From contig NZ_QLIR01000001.1 in assembly GCF_003428155.1 (NCBI RefSeq), positions 224,558-256,557 of the forward strand: 32,000 nucleotides of DNA, given 5' to 3'. The stretch is from Fastidiosibacter lacustris. Lineage in GTDB: Bacteria > Pseudomonadota > Gammaproteobacteria > Francisellales > Francisellaceae. Shown here piece after piece: positions 9,318 to 20,944 of this stretch; the stretch's first letter is position 1; every line of letters begins with the position of its first letter. The position numbers and the translations under genes were made by a program. The notes under the pieces were generated by a model that saw only the letters and a list, made by a program, of their open reading frames with translations, did no database searches and had not been told where the DNA came from.

Positions 9318-11939
9318 TTAGTTAAATCCAGCTTTTGGTGTATAGCCTGGAATCATAGTGAGCCTTTGATCAAGTGAACTTTCGCTAGTACCACCTAGCC
9401 CTTTTAGCTCAAATTGAATAATGAAAGCATTGGTTAAAGGTCCTGTAATTTGAGAGGGATTGTTTGGATCACTAGATGAATTGACATATCTTTGTGCTAA
9501 GAAGCGAATTGCCCAACTGCAGGCATCATATTGAATGCCAGCAAACATGTTAGTCGTATGGCGTGAATTAAACGCATAACTCCACAATCCTGTGATTGAC
9601 CAATGAGGATTGAGTTTCCAGATAGTGGAAAAAGTAATTTGTGATAGTGAGTCAGGTAAACTACCTGCTTGAATTTGCTCTGGTGTGAGTGCTGCATAGT
9701 TATTTTTAATATTTTGGTAACCAATGTTAAAAATATGACTTTCGTTTGGTATATATTGTATTTGATAGGTTTGTAAGTCTATATTGTTGTTTTGTGGATT
9801 ATAAGTTGCATTGGTCATGAGTTGCCAATGTGGCAGAAACCGATAATTAAAAAATGCAGCTATATCAGAGGTGTTTGTGTTATAAAATGGGATTTTTGAG
9901 CTTGGGTTGGCACAATTAGCATTTGTACCTGAGCATAATGATACTTCACGATTCGCAAAATAAATAATTTGTCCAATTCCAGCGCTTAAAACATTTACAC
10001 CAGTTTCTTGGTGATTGACAGATGTTTCTAAAGCATATGCGAGTTGGTTAGCATTATTAATTCGGTCAATACCAGTAAAAACGTTTGTCTGAAACAATGA
10101 AGTATAAGAGAAATTATTTAAAGAAGTGTCAAACAGTGGAATGTTACTTTGGTTTTGATAGGGGATATAGGTGTAAAAGAGTCTAGGTTCTAAGGTTTGA
10201 GTGTAGTTGTGCTGATTAAAACTAAAATTATGATCAAAGTATAATCCTGTATCAATATTAATAATCGGAAGGCTGCGAATGATGTTTTGATCAGGATATT
10301 GGTTTTGGCTAAAATTAGGCGCAGTTGCAGCATTTCTGCTTTGTAAGCTATAAGCAGTTTCAGATAGGGTTATAGATGGGATAAAAAATCCCCAGTTTTT
10401 TTGAAAAGGAAAGCTGAGTTTTGGTGCACTGTAGTAACGTTGTCCTTGAACTTGGGATACATTATTTAAACCCGGTTTATAAAAATAAGTAAATTGGTTA
10501 TTCCACTCAAAGTTCATATGAGGTAATAAGCTTGGGTAACTCACATTAACATTGATTTGCGGCATCATCCAATAAGGTCGGTTGGCAAGATATATGGTAT
10601 CATCAATTACATCATAAGATTGAACGATTGCATTGATATTCCAGTTTTCATCGTTATAGTTTAGTTGTGCTTGTCTATTCAATAAAGTTTGTGTTGATAA
10701 ACCCATATTGTCACTATCAAAATCATTATAAAAATCTTTATCACCCACATATTGATAATTAAAATAGCTTGACCAATTCCTACCATACTGACCATTATCT
10801 GTAATAGAAAGCGCTTTACGATCAGTGTTAGCAATGCGATCATGTGGCATGTATTGCATATCTAAACTACCATTGTGCGTTTGAGTTAAATAACGAAAGT
10901 TGCTACCGATTAAAACGCCTTTATGATTATAGATGGTTGGTGTTAATAACAGATCATAATTAGGTGCCGTGTTCCAGTAAAAGGGCGTAGAAAGGTAATA
11001 ATCTGAGTTGCTGTTATAGCCGGCAGTAGGATATAAAAATCCGCTGCGTCGGCGATTGTCAATTGGAAAAGTCATATAAGGCCAGTATAAAATTGGTATG
11101 TCTTTGGCGTAAAATAAAGTGTTATATGCAGTCCCTAGTCCTGATTCTCGGTCTAAATCAAGTGTTGTTGCACTGAGTATCCAATCATTGCCATAAGGGC
11201 TATCAGTGGTATAAGTAGCATTTTTTAAAGTATAATTTGTTTTGCTATTTTGAATGATCTTATCAGCATGACCGTGAGCAAAACCTGTGAAGTTATTTTC
11301 TTTTTCTATTACCTCATCAGAAGCTAAATTTGCCATTGAGCCACTTGGTTTTTGGCGTACACGAATAAGGTAATAAGTATCATCTAAGGTTGCTGTGTTA
11401 TTGGTAATATTTGCATTACCTTGAGAGCCAATGGCAAGCTGTCCAGGTTGACTTAAATTAACATTACCAGTAAGGCTGACATTACTGATTTTTTTATCTT
11501 CATTTTGTGTTAAAACGGCTTTATCTGCTGAGAGATATTGGTTTCCTTTTCTAACTTCAACCGCGCCTTCAGCAGTAATCGTACCACTTTGGGCATATTG
11601 ATATTGTTGAGCGTTGATCTTTGCTTCATTAGAAGGACCTTTGATAATCGGATATTGATAATAATAACCCCCACAAATATTATTTAGGTCCGTTGACGGT
11701 AACCAGCCTAAAGCATCAGCAATAATCTGCTTTTTTTCTTTAGGTAAGATATTTTTTTTAAATAAATCAGCATTGTTATTGTTGGTTTGGACACATTTCC
11801 AAGTATCTCCATTTGCTGTACATTGCCATGATTTTTGTAGTGGGTTTTCAATGGTGATCTTGCTGCTACCCATAGTAGGGAGCGTGCAAATTATCGCTAA
11901 GGGTAAAACCTTTTTATGTAACTTTATTGTTTTTTTCAT
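9318..11939 (-). CDS. lptD: LPS-assembly outer membrane protein LptD
   Basis: 873-aa ORF with signal peptide, OstA-like domain, LptD beta-barrel motifs (FPIDNRRRSGFLYPTAGYNSNSDYYLSTPFYWNTAPNYD) and a C-terminal FQIELKGLGG. Confidence 0.93.
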   Translation of the reverse strand: MKKTIKLHKKVLPLAIICTLPTMGSSKITIENPLQKSWQCTANGDTWKCVQTNNNNADLFKKNILPKEKKQIIADALGWLPSTDLNNICGGYYYQYPIIKGPSNEAKINAQQYQYAQSGTITAEGAVEVRKGNQYLSADKAVLTQNEDKKISNVSLTGNVNLSQPGQLAIGSQGNANITNNTATLDDTYYLIRVRQKPSGSMANLASDEVIEKENNFTGFAHGHADKIIQNSKTNYTLKNATYTTDSPYGNDWILSATTLDLDRESGLGTAYNTLFYAKDIPILYWPYMTFPIDNRRRSGFLYPTAGYNSNSDYYLSTPFYWNTAPNYDLLLTPTIYNHKGVLIGSNFRYLTQTHNGSLDMQYMPHDRIANTDRKALSITDNGQYGRNWSSYFNYQYVGDKDFYNDFDSDNMGLSTQTLLNRQAQLNYNDENWNINAIVQSYDVIDDTIYLANRPYWMMPQINVNVSYPSLLPHMNFEWNNQFTYFYKPGLNNVSQVQGQRYYSAPKLSFPFQKNWGFFIPSITLSETAYSLQSRNAATAPNFSQNQYPDQNIIRSLPIINIDTGLYFDHNFSFNQHNYTQTLEPRLFYTYIPYQNQSNIPLFDTSLNNFSYTSLFQTNVFTGIDRINNANQLAYALETSVNHQETGVNVLSAGIGQIIYFANREVSLCSGTNANCANPSSKIPFYNTNTSDIAAFFNYRFLPHWQLMTNATYNPQNNNIDLQTYQIQYIPNESHIFNIGYQNIKNNYAALTPEQIQAGSLPDSLSQITFSTIWKLNPHWSITGLWSYAFNSRHTTNMFAGIQYDACSWAIRFLAQRYVNSSSDPNNPSQITGPLTNAFIIQFELKGLGGTSESSLDQRLTMIPGYTPKAGFN

Positions 11940-12044
11940 TGATTAAATATTATCCTTTTGCTCATTTGTCAGGATTTCTAGGTTTCTTTGAGCCAAAACT
12001 ACTGCTATTCTATCGCGTTGTTGATATATTTCTAGGAAAAAGTC

Positions 12045-13109
12045 GTGCAATCGAGATTTTTACAGATCATAGAGTGGTTAGAAGTACTTTTCCCAAAAGT
12101 GGAACCAACTTTAATTCCTATTATTGGTGACGCAAGCTTTCGCCAGTATTATCGCGTTGAGATTCAAGCTAAAAGCTATGTTGTCATGGATGCCCCTCTT
12201 GATCGAGAAAAACCAGATGCTTTTTTTCGAGTGGCACGTCTTTTAAGATATTTCAATTTGAATGCACCGCAATGTTATGCCTATCATCAAGAAGGTGGTT
12301 TTTTACTATTAGACGATTTTGGAGATATTCAGTTTTATGATGTACTTTACAAAGTGCATTCACATTCACTGTCATTTTACCAAGATGTATTGACGCTTAT
12401 TCCTAAATTCTGGCAAATCGAGAAAAGCTTGTTTCCTAACTATGAGAAAACGAAATTCAAGAGCGAGTTAGATGTCATGAAAATTTGGTTTTGGCAGTGG
12501 CTGGCTTTGGATGAGCAAACGCTAAAGCAACTAGAACGTCCTTATGAAAAATTACAAAAAATGTTAGTTGATTATGCCATAATACAACCAACAGTCTTTG
12601 TTTATCGTGATTTTCACAGTAAAAATATTATGTATATGGATAAAAAATTAGGTTTGATTGATTTTCAAGATGCCGTAAATGGTCCGATAACCTATGATTT
12701 GGTTTCAATATTAAAAGACTGCTACGTTAGTTTGCCACAGAGTTTTATTGATGAAGCGCTAGCGAGTTTTTATTATCAAGCAAAGCGTGATAAAAGGTTA
12801 GCAGAGGAAGTTTCTTATGCAACATTTATTAAGTGGTTTGATTGGATGGGGTTGCAGAGGCATTTGAAGTGCTTGGGCATTTTTACACGTCAAGATTTGC
12901 AGCATAAGAGGGAAAATTATCTGATTTATCTGCCGCGAGTAATACTTTATGTGAATGAGGTTTTAGTAAAATACCCAGAGCTTAACTTTTTTTATGAAGA
13001 TTGGCAGCGTTACGTTTTACCTGTGTATTATGAAAAAGTTGTGGCACTCAGTAATAGAGTAGTAAACCCGATTAAATTTGATGATACAAATAGCATATTA
13101 ACATATTAA
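12045..13109 (+). CDS. Aminoglycoside phosphotransferase-fold kinase, AmgK-like (cell-wall sugar kinase)
   Basis: 354-aa ORF with IGDASFRQYYRVE, VYRDFHSKNIMYMD and LGLIDFQDAVNGPITYDLVSILKD. Divergent from lptD. Start codon uncertain. Confidence 0.8.
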   Translation: MQSRFLQIIEWLEVLFPKVEPTLIPIIGDASFRQYYRVEIQAKSYVVMDAPLDREKPDAFFRVARLLRYFNLNAPQCYAYHQEGGFLLLDDFGDIQFYDVLYKVHSHSLSFYQDVLTLIPKFWQIEKSLFPNYEKTKFKSELDVMKIWFWQWLALDEQTLKQLERPYEKLQKMLVDYAIIQPTVFVYRDFHSKNIMYMDKKLGLIDFQDAVNGPITYDLVSILKDCYVSLPQSFIDEALASFYYQAKRDKRLAEEVSYATFIKWFDWMGLQRHLKCLGIFTRQDLQHKRENYLIYLPRVILYVNEVLVKYPELNFFYEDWQRYVLPVYYEKVVALSNRVVNPIKFDDTNSILTY

Positions 13110-13132
13110 GTTAAAAGGTAGAGTATATAATT

Positions 13133-16100
13133 ATGTCAGTGCGTTTTGTTCATTTAAAAGTGCACAGCGAATATTCGCTTATGGATAGCATCATTCGCAT
13201 TAAGCCGATGTTGTCAGAATGCGTGCAGCGTAAGCTTCCAGCAATTGCATTAACAGATATGTGTAACCTATTCGCTGCTGTAAAATTCTATAAAGCAGCA
13301 TTAGATCAAGGCATTAAACCAATATTTGGTAGTGAGATTTATATTCAGGTGGATGAACGGATTCATCCATTAACTCTCATCGCAAAAGACAATGCAGGGT
13401 ATCAAACGATTGTTGAACTTATTTCATATGCTTATTTAAATGCTACACGTAAAGATGGCATTCCAATATTACCCAAAAATGAGCTAGCAAGCTTTAATTT
13501 CTCTCAAGTTTTTGTATTAAGCGGTGGACAAAAAGGTGAGCTAGGTTATGCACTTATGACTCAAGATTATAAAGAAGTCCTAGCTTTGCTTGATACTTAT
13601 ATGCAAATCTTCCCTAGAAATAATTTCTTTATTGAACTGCAACGCTTAGGAGTTGACGGTGAAGAGCGATATATCCAAAGTGTAATTGAGTTGGCAAAAG
13701 ACCAACATATTGCAGTTGTCGCAACTAATGATGTACGCTTCTTAGATGAAGAGAATTATTCTGATCATGAGATACGTGTGGGGATTTACCAGGGTTATAC
13801 ACTCTTGGATCAAAACCGTAAGAGCCAATATACGACTAAGCAATATTTGCGATCTAGCGATGAGATGTGTGAGCTTTTTGCTGACATTCCACAGAGTTTA
13901 TCCAATACTGTTTATATTGCTGAGAATGCAAATGTGACGTTTAAATTGGGTGGTGCGGTTTTACCACGTTTTGAAATCCCACAAAACATGACCGAGGCAG
14001 AATATTTTGCCAAAGTTTCTTATGAAGGATTAGAAGAGCGTTTTGATTTTATTTTGCACGATAAAAGTGAACAACAAAAACAAATGCTTAAAAAAAAGTA
14101 TAAAGCACGTTTGCAATTAGAGGTTGATGTTATTTGTCAGATGGGTTTTCCAGGTTATTTTTTAATTGTTGCTGATTTTATTCAATGGTCCAAAGATAAT
14201 GGTATCCCTGTGGGACCAGGACGAGGATCAGGTGCAGGATCGCTAGTTGCTTATGCACTTAAAATTACTGATATTGACCCTATCCCATATGGGTTGCTGT
14301 TTGAGCGTTTTTTAAACCCTGAACGTGTGTCAATGCCAGATTTTGATATTGATTTTTGTATGGATGGTCGCGATAGCGTCATTGAATATGTAGCACAAAA
14401 GTATGGAAGTGAGAGCGTGTCCCAAATTATTACTTATGGCTCAATGGCAGCAAAAGCAGTAGTGCGTGATGTAGGACGTGTATTAGCGCAGCCTTATGGT
14501 TTTGTGGATAAAATCGCGAAGCTTATTCCAAATGATTTAGGGATTAAGCTTAAAGATGCTTGTGCGCCAGATACGCCATTATATGAGCTATGTCAGCAAG
14601 ATGAAACCGCAGATGAAATTATCAAAATTGCACTTAAACTAGAAGGGCTTACCAGAAGTGTGGGGAAGCATGCAGCAGGAGTTGTAATCTCCCCATCAAA
14701 GGTAACGGATTTTTCACCGATTTACTGTGAAGAAGGTTCAAAACAGCTTGTAACTCAGTTTGATAAAAAAGATGTAGAAGATGTCGGACTCGTGAAGTTC
14801 GATTTTTTAGGACTTAGAAATTTAACTATTATTGATAATGCGTTAAAAATTGCTAATAAACAAAGACGTTTGCAAGGTGAAGCTGATTTAAACATCGTAC
14901 TTATTCCAATGAACGATAAAAAGACGTTTCAATTATTGCAAAATGGCGAAACAACGGGTGTGTTCCAGCTTGAATCTCGAGGAATGAAAGAGCTAATTAA
15001 GCGTCTTAAACCAGATTGTTTTGAAGATATTATTGCATTGGTTGCTTTATATCGACCCGGTCCACTTGGTTCTGGGATGGTAGATGACTTTGTTAATCGT
15101 AAGCATGGTCGCCAACGAGTAAGTTACCCACATCCAGCTTTGGAAGAGGTTTTAAAAGAGACTTATGGAACGATTTTATACCAAGAACAGGTCATGCAAA
15201 TTGCGCAAATTTTGGCAAATTATTCTTTAGGTGGAGCGGATTTATTGCGTCGAGCAATGGGTAAAAAAAATCCAGAGGAAATGGCAAAGCAGCGTGAAAC
15301 TTTTGAAAAAGGGGCCTTTGAAAATGGTATTGATCGCAAGCTCGCTAGTTCCATTTTTGATTTAATGGAAGAGTTTGCTAAATATGGTTTTAACAAGTCC
15401 CATTCTGCAGCTTACGCGCTTGTATCATATCAAACGGCATATTTAAAAGCACATTATCCGCAGGCGTTTATGGCGGCAGTTTTGTCATCTGATATGGATA
15501 ATACCGAAAAGGTGGTCAACTTTATTAATGAATGTCAGAAGATGAAATTAAGTCTTGTCTTACCTCATATCAATATCAGCGATTATTACTTCACCGTAGA
15601 TAATAAGGAGCAGTTGGTATATGGGCTAGGTGCGGTTAAAGGTGTTGGTTTTGCTGCCATTGACGGGATTTTAACAGAGCGTGTTAAAAATGGTGTATAT
15701 AAAAATTTATATGACTTGTGTTTGAGAGTAGACTTACGTAAGGTGAATAAGCGCGTATGTGAAGCACTTATTTATGCTGGCGCAATGGATGGATTTGCGA
15801 ATAATAGGCAAACGCTTATTGCAACTCTAGAAGATGCAATGAAATCAGCTGACCAAAAAACGCAAATGCAAAGTAGTGGACAGTTGGATCTATTTGGTTT
15901 TGATGAGGTTGGGATAGAGGATCTTCAATCTAATAAAGATCTAAGTAAGGTTGAAATTCCTAATTGGACGATAAAAGATAAGCTTATCTATGAGAAATCT
16001 GTGCTTGGTATGTTTTTGTCAGGACACTTAATCGATGAAGATCGCTTTTGGCTTAACTACTTTAAAGTGACACCATTAAATAGGATTACTCCAACAACAC

Positions 16101-16615
16101 GTAAAGAATCTATTTTACTTGCTGGTGTAGTTGTTTCGATAGCACAACGTAAAACAAAGTCAGGTAAACTTATGGGAGCGTTGCAGATTGATGATGGTTA
16201 TGAGCGTTTAGAGTTAGTCATATTTAGTGACCTTTACGATAGTGTGAAACACATGATTAGCGTCGATCAAACAGTTATTGTTGAGGGAGAAGTGAGTATT
16301 GATGGTTACAATGATCAGTTAAGGATTAATGCTCTTGATATTCAACCGATTGAACAATATGTCGATTTGACTATCAATACATTAAATTTCAATCTGCCAA
16401 TAGATAAGCTAAAAGTGCTATATGATATATTGTTGTTGGCAAGTAATGGTAAAGGCGAATCAAACTTAGCGACGAAAAAAGTAAAATTGACAATTACAGG
16501 TAGTGATTATCAGCTTATGACTATGGTAGATAAGTTAGCAATCAGTGCCTATGCTCTAACAGGTAAAATAAACATGTTATCACAACATCAAATTGAGCTA
16601 ACGCTGTTCGCTTAA
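13133..16615 (+). CDS. dnaE: DNA polymerase III subunit alpha
   Basis: 1160-aa ORF with FVHLKVHSEYSLMDS, PVGPGRGSGAGSLVAYAL, PDFDIDFCMDGRD and YFDFLGLRNLT-type segments, plus a C-terminal OB domain. Confidence 0.98.
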   Translation: MSVRFVHLKVHSEYSLMDSIIRIKPMLSECVQRKLPAIALTDMCNLFAAVKFYKAALDQGIKPIFGSEIYIQVDERIHPLTLIAKDNAGYQTIVELISYAYLNATRKDGIPILPKNELASFNFSQVFVLSGGQKGELGYALMTQDYKEVLALLDTYMQIFPRNNFFIELQRLGVDGEERYIQSVIELAKDQHIAVVATNDVRFLDEENYSDHEIRVGIYQGYTLLDQNRKSQYTTKQYLRSSDEMCELFADIPQSLSNTVYIAENANVTFKLGGAVLPRFEIPQNMTEAEYFAKVSYEGLEERFDFILHDKSEQQKQMLKKKYKARLQLEVDVICQMGFPGYFLIVADFIQWSKDNGIPVGPGRGSGAGSLVAYALKITDIDPIPYGLLFERFLNPERVSMPDFDIDFCMDGRDSVIEYVAQKYGSESVSQIITYGSMAAKAVVRDVGRVLAQPYGFVDKIAKLIPNDLGIKLKDACAPDTPLYELCQQDETADEIIKIALKLEGLTRSVGKHAAGVVISPSKVTDFSPIYCEEGSKQLVTQFDKKDVEDVGLVKFDFLGLRNLTIIDNALKIANKQRRLQGEADLNIVLIPMNDKKTFQLLQNGETTGVFQLESRGMKELIKRLKPDCFEDIIALVALYRPGPLGSGMVDDFVNRKHGRQRVSYPHPALEEVLKETYGTILYQEQVMQIAQILANYSLGGADLLRRAMGKKNPEEMAKQRETFEKGAFENGIDRKLASSIFDLMEEFAKYGFNKSHSAAYALVSYQTAYLKAHYPQAFMAAVLSSDMDNTEKVVNFINECQKMKLSLVLPHINISDYYFTVDNKEQLVYGLGAVKGVGFAAIDGILTERVKNGVYKNLYDLCLRVDLRKVNKRVCEALIYAGAMDGFANNRQTLIATLEDAMKSADQKTQMQSSGQLDLFGFDEVGIEDLQSNKDLSKVEIPNWTIKDKLIYEKSVLGMFLSGHLIDEDRFWLNYFKVTPLNRITPTTRKESILLAGVVVSIAQRKTKSGKLMGALQIDDGYERLELVIFSDLYDSVKHMISVDQTVIVEGEVSIDGYNDQLRINALDIQPIEQYVDLTINTLNFNLPIDKLKVLYDILLLASNGKGESNLATKKVKLTITGSDYQLMTMVDKLAISAYALTGKINMLSQHQIELTLFA

Positions 16616-16684
16616 ATGAGCTTTGTGTTACAATACAAAAGTTTTACAACAAAATAAGCTAAGTAATAAAATATAGAGGTTGAT

Positions 16685-17437
16685 ATGGCTGGTCATAGTA
16701 AATGGGCAAACATAAAGCATAGAAAAGCAAAAGAGGATGCTAAACGTGGCAAAATTTTCACTAAACTCATTCGCGAAATTACAGTTGCGGCACGCATGGG
16801 GGGGGCTGATAAAGACTCCAATCCACGTTTGCGTGCAGCTATGGCAACAGCGTTTAGCAATAACATGACTAAAGACACTATTGATCGCGCAATTAAAAAA
16901 GGTGCTGGTGGGGAAGAGGGTGGAAATCTAGAGGAAATTCGTTATGAAGGCTATGGACCTGCTGGAGTTGCTGTTATTGTAGATTGTATGACAGACAATC
17001 GAAATCGAACGGTTGCAGAAGTGCGTCATGCGTTTAGCAAATCAGGGGGGAATTTAGGTACAGACGGTTCAGTATCATATATGTTTAATAAAAAAGGTAT
17101 CATCAGTTTTGAATCAGATTACAATGAAGATCTCGTTATGGAAGTGGCATTGGAGTCTGGCGCACTGGACATCATTACTTATGATGATGGCTCAATCGAT
17201 GTTATTACTGATCCAAATGATTTTTTCGAAGTTAACGAGGCATTACAGGTTAAAGGATTAAAAGCAGTTTCAGCAGAAGTGACTATGGATGCTGATATGA
17301 AGTCAAATATAGATGACCTAGAAATTGCTCAAAAGGTTTTAAGCATGATTGATCGTTTAGAAGATTTAGATGATGTACAAAGCGTTTATACGAATGCTGA
17401 GTTTGCTGATAGTGTTATGGATGTCTTGGGTTCGTGA
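16685..17437 (+). CDS. yebC: YebC/PmpR-family transcriptional regulator / translation factor
   Basis: 250-aa ORF beginning [32 protein letters not shown], a family signature. Confidence 0.97.
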   Translation: MAGHSKWANIKHRKAKEDAKRGKIFTKLIREITVAARMGGADKDSNPRLRAAMATAFSNNMTKDTIDRAIKKGAGGEEGGNLEEIRYEGYGPAGVAVIVDCMTDNRNRTVAEVRHAFSKSGGNLGTDGSVSYMFNKKGIISFESDYNEDLVMEVALESGALDIITYDDGSIDVITDPNDFFEVNEALQVKGLKAVSAEVTMDADMKSNIDDLEIAQKVLSMIDRLEDLDDVQSVYTNAEFADSVMDVLGS

Positions 17438-17949
17438 TTATTTTAGGTATTGATCCTGGATCAAGGATCACAGGCTTTGGTGTTTTAAAAATACAGGCAA
17501 AAGATTGCTTATACCTTACCAGTGGTTGTATTCGGATCACTAAGGAAAATACAGGTGAGCGTTTAAAACAAATTCAAGACAGCATTCATGAGATCATTAG
17601 TGCATATCGACCAACAGAAGCGGCAATTGAGCAGATTTTTATGTTTCAGAATCCAGGTGCAGCCTTAAAGCTTGGACAAGCTCGAGGGGTGGCAATGTGC
17701 ACATTAGCAAATAATAATTTGCCGATCAATGAGTATTCCGCAAAGCAAGTCAAGCAAGCAGTTGTGGGAAATGGCAATGCTTCAAAATATCAAGTACAGC
17801 ATATGGTGCAAACGTTTTTGCAGCTAAGTAGCAAACCGCAAGCAGATGCAGCAGATGCTTTAGCTATTGCGATTTGTCATTTTCATAGTTACAACAGTCT
17901 TACCTATATTCCTGGTGCCACAAAAATTGTAAGAGGACGCTTAAGGTGA
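17434..17949 (+). CDS. ruvC: Crossover junction endodeoxyribonuclease RuvC
   Basis: 171-aa ORF with [16 protein letters not shown] and [24 protein letters not shown] start overlapping the yebC stop. Confidence 0.96.
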   Translation: MIILGIDPGSRITGFGVLKIQAKDCLYLTSGCIRITKENTGERLKQIQDSIHEIISAYRPTEAAIEQIFMFQNPGAALKLGQARGVAMCTLANNNLPINEYSAKQVKQAVVGNGNASKYQVQHMVQTFLQLSSKPQADAADALAIAICHFHSYNSLTYIPGATKIVRGRLR

Positions 17950-18602
17950 TTGGTCGCATAAGAGGCGAGTTGTTAGAAAAGCAACCACCTATGGTTCTGG
18001 TTGAAGCTTGTGGTGTGGGTTATGAAGTATGGGTGCCGATGAGCTCAATTTATCAATTGAGTGATATAGGTCAAGAAGTCATTTTATATACCCATTTTGT
18101 GGTAAGAGAAGATATACAACAACTTTATGGTTTTGCAACAAAATCAGATCGAAGACTCTTTCAGGAATTAATAAAGGTCAATGGAATTGGTGCAAAAATG
18201 GCATTGGCTATTTTATCAGGAATGGATGGTTCGACTTTAGTAAAATGTATAGAATCGCAAGATCACGACTTATTATGTACTGTTCCAGGTATAGGCAAAA
18301 AAACCGCAGAGCGTATAATAATTGAAATAAAAGATAAAATTAATAAACTTGCCTTGGAATTAGATGCTTTAACAACAGGAAACTTAAACTTAAATAAGAA
18401 GGTAAATGTGCAGCAAAGTGGAGTCAGTAACCAAACCGAAACGATGTACCAACAAAGTGCAATTATTCATCAAGCGCTAGATGCACTAGAAGCATTAGGT
18501 TATAAGCGCAAAGAAGCAGAAAAATATGTGCATAAAGTAAAATCTCAAGCAGATACGGTAGAGGCACTTATTCGTTTGGCATTACAGGCAACTCAAAAAT
18601 AA
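17946..18602 (+). CDS. ruvA: Holliday junction DNA helicase RuvA
   Basis: 218-aa ORF with [31 protein letters not shown] and [19 protein letters not shown]. Confidence 0.96.
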   Translation: MIGRIRGELLEKQPPMVLVEACGVGYEVWVPMSSIYQLSDIGQEVILYTHFVVREDIQQLYGFATKSDRRLFQELIKVNGIGAKMALAILSGMDGSTLVKCIESQDHDLLCTVPGIGKKTAERIIIEIKDKINKLALELDALTTGNLNLNKKVNVQQSGVSNQTETMYQQSAIIHQALDALEALGYKRKEAEKYVHKVKSQADTVEALIRLALQATQK

Positions 18603-18688
18603 AAATACTGGCAGTAAAAACTCTATTTTTTTGATATATTTGTCGCCCTCAGTAATAGTAATAGAGATTGATTCAATCGGGAGGGTCT

Positions 18689-19981
18689 ATGGGTGCTTTA
18701 TCTTATCAAGATAAACTTTCACAATTACCACTAACACGATCTTGGTTTGTGGTGATTATTATTTCGTTCTTTTTCTTTTTTGAGTTTGGTTTAGGTAATG
18801 CTTTTAATACTCTAACACCGGCAATTCTAGATGCTTATCCTGAGTTGACACCAGTGAGTGTGAGTTTTATTGCAAGTTTATATTTTTATACCAATATTAT
18901 TGGTCTTATCCCCGCAGCTTATGTATTAGATCGTTTTTCACCTCGCCTGGCCATTACTATTGCTTTATTGGTTTGTGCAATGAGTATTTTTATAATGACT
19001 TTGACTAATAATGTTTATGTAATGGGTGCCTCACGGTTATTGATAGGAGCAGGTGCGAGCTTTTGCCTAATTGGATGTGTGCGTATTGCAACGAATTGGT
19101 TTCCAGCAAATCGACTTGGTTTTGTGATTGGTATTATCATTGCAATTGGGATGTTAGGTGGTTATACAGCACAAGCGCCAATTGGTTATTTATTAGATGC
19201 TTTTGGGTTAAATGGTACTTTGTACATTATTGGTTTTTTTGGATTGTTTTTGGCAGTATTGATCTTTACTATTGTGCGTGATGCACCAGCTTCATTACAA
19301 TCAGAACGTTATGCACAAACAATAGCAGTCAAAACCGAATCTATTGTGCATACACTCAAAACAGTGCTGGCAAAGCCACAAAATTGGTATTGTGGGCTTT
19401 ATGTTGGCTCAATCAACGTTGGCACTTGGATGTTGGGTGGAATGTGGTCGAATGAATATTTAATAAAAACGCATGGTGTAGATATGAGTGAGGCGCGTTC
19501 TATTACTGGCTATATCTTCTTAGGCATGATTTTTGCTTACCCATTTTGGGGATGGTTAACTGAGAGTATGAATCGTCGTAAACAACCCCTTATCATAGGA
19601 GGTATGCTTTCTGTGGTGATTATTCTCATTATTATGTTTTGTACAGTAAGCGTAACCCAGTTGTCTATATTGTTTTTCTTACTTGGTTTTGTTACCAGTG
19701 CACAAATGGTTGCCTATCCTGTGGTAGGTGAGACAAACCCAATGAAAAATAACGCAATTGCGACAAGCATAGTATCGATCAATTCATTGCTTTGGGGTGG
19801 GGTAATTGCCATGCCATTGTTTGGTATGCTTACTACACACTTCAATACAATAAAAGGTTTAGACGCGATGGCAGCCCCTGGACTTAATTTTGGTATGGGG
19901 ATTTTGCTAATTGGCTTTATCATTAGTATTATATTTGCATTGTTAGTGAAAGAGACGTATTGTAAGCGTCAAGTCGATTAG
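18689..19981 (+). CDS. Major facilitator superfamily transporter
   Basis: MFS-like TM pattern ([14 protein letters not shown]...). The ORF track starts at a TTG (18668), but ATG at 18689 is preceded by a GGGAGG Shine-Dalgarno. Confidence 0.88.
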   Translation: MGALSYQDKLSQLPLTRSWFVVIIISFFFFFEFGLGNAFNTLTPAILDAYPELTPVSVSFIASLYFYTNIIGLIPAAYVLDRFSPRLAITIALLVCAMSIFIMTLTNNVYVMGASRLLIGAGASFCLIGCVRIATNWFPANRLGFVIGIIIAIGMLGGYTAQAPIGYLLDAFGLNGTLYIIGFFGLFLAVLIFTIVRDAPASLQSERYAQTIAVKTESIVHTLKTVLAKPQNWYCGLYVGSINVGTWMLGGMWSNEYLIKTHGVDMSEARSITGYIFLGMIFAYPFWGWLTESMNRRKQPLIIGGMLSVVIILIIMFCTVSVTQLSILFFLLGFVTSAQMVAYPVVGETNPMKNNAIATSIVSINSLLWGGVIAMPLFGMLTTHFNTIKGLDAMAAPGLNFGMGILLIGFIISIIFALLVKETYCKRQVD

Positions 19982-19994
19982 AAGAAGGGAAAAT

Positions 19995-20942
19995 ATGCAG
20001 TTTCTTGAATTTGAAAAACCAATTGCAGAGCTTGAAGCAAAAATTGAGGCTTTAGCAAAATCCAGTGCACATAATCAAGATGTTCAGCAGGAGATTGAGA
20101 AGCTTCAATCCAAAACTTCAGACTTAATGAAAAAAATTTATAGTGGATTAACCGATTGGCAAATTATTCAATTGGCACGCCATCCTGAACGTCCTTATTT
20201 TTTAGATTTGTTAGCTAAAATTTTTACCGACTTTCAAGAGCTGCATGGAGATCGTGCTTTTGCTGATGATAAAGCAGTGATTGGTGGTATGGCTAAGCTT
20301 GGAGATAGACCTGTTATGGTTATCGGTCAAGAAAAAGGGCGTAAAACTAAGGATAAACTTAGACATAACTTTGGAATGATGCACCCTGAGGGATACCGTA
20401 AGGCTTTGCGCCTAATGAAACTTGCTGAAAAGTTTAATATGCCGGTAGTGACCTTTATTGATACGCCTGGTGCTTACCCTGGTGTTAAAGCAGAAGAGCG
20501 TGGTCAAAGTGAAGCCATTGCTCGTAATTTACTTGAGATGTCTAAACTCAATGTGCCTATTATCTGCGTTGTAATTGGTGAAGGCTGTTCGGGTGGTGCA
20601 TTAGGAATTGGCGTTGGTGATAAGCTTGTCATGCTTGAATACAGTTATTTTGCAACGATTTCACCAGAAGGATGTGCTTCGATTTTATGGAAAACAGCTG
20701 ACAAAGCAGCCGATGCTGCTGAGATTATGGGTATTACCGCTAAGCGCTTAAAAGAGCACAATATTGTCGATGAAGTCATTAAAGAACCGTTAGGTGGTGC
20801 GCATCGCAATATTGATGCAGCTGCAAGTGAAATCAAAGAAACTTTACAGCGTCTATTATTTGAGCTTACTGCTTTAAGTAATGAAGAGCGTTATCAAAGA
20901 CGTTATCAAAAACTTATGTCTTTTGGTGCATTTGAAGGCTAA
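19995..20942 (+). CDS. accA: Acetyl-CoA carboxylase, carboxyltransferase subunit alpha
   Basis: 315-aa ORF with [43 protein letters not shown] and [15 protein letters not shown]. Confidence 0.98.
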   Translation: MQFLEFEKPIAELEAKIEALAKSSAHNQDVQQEIEKLQSKTSDLMKKIYSGLTDWQIIQLARHPERPYFLDLLAKIFTDFQELHGDRAFADDKAVIGGMAKLGDRPVMVIGQEKGRKTKDKLRHNFGMMHPEGYRKALRLMKLAEKFNMPVVTFIDTPGAYPGVKAEERGQSEAIARNLLEMSKLNVPIICVVIGEGCSGGALGIGVGDKLVMLEYSYFATISPEGCASILWKTADKAADAAEIMGITAKRLKEHNIVDEVIKEPLGGAHRNIDAAASEIKETLQRLLFELTALSNEERYQRRYQKLMSFGAFEG

Positions 20943-20944
20943 TT

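Noticed and set aside
11927-12130. Plus-strand ORF between lptD and the AmgK-like gene
   Set aside because: It overlaps the kinase start in another frame and has no recognisable domain or clear Shine-Dalgarno.
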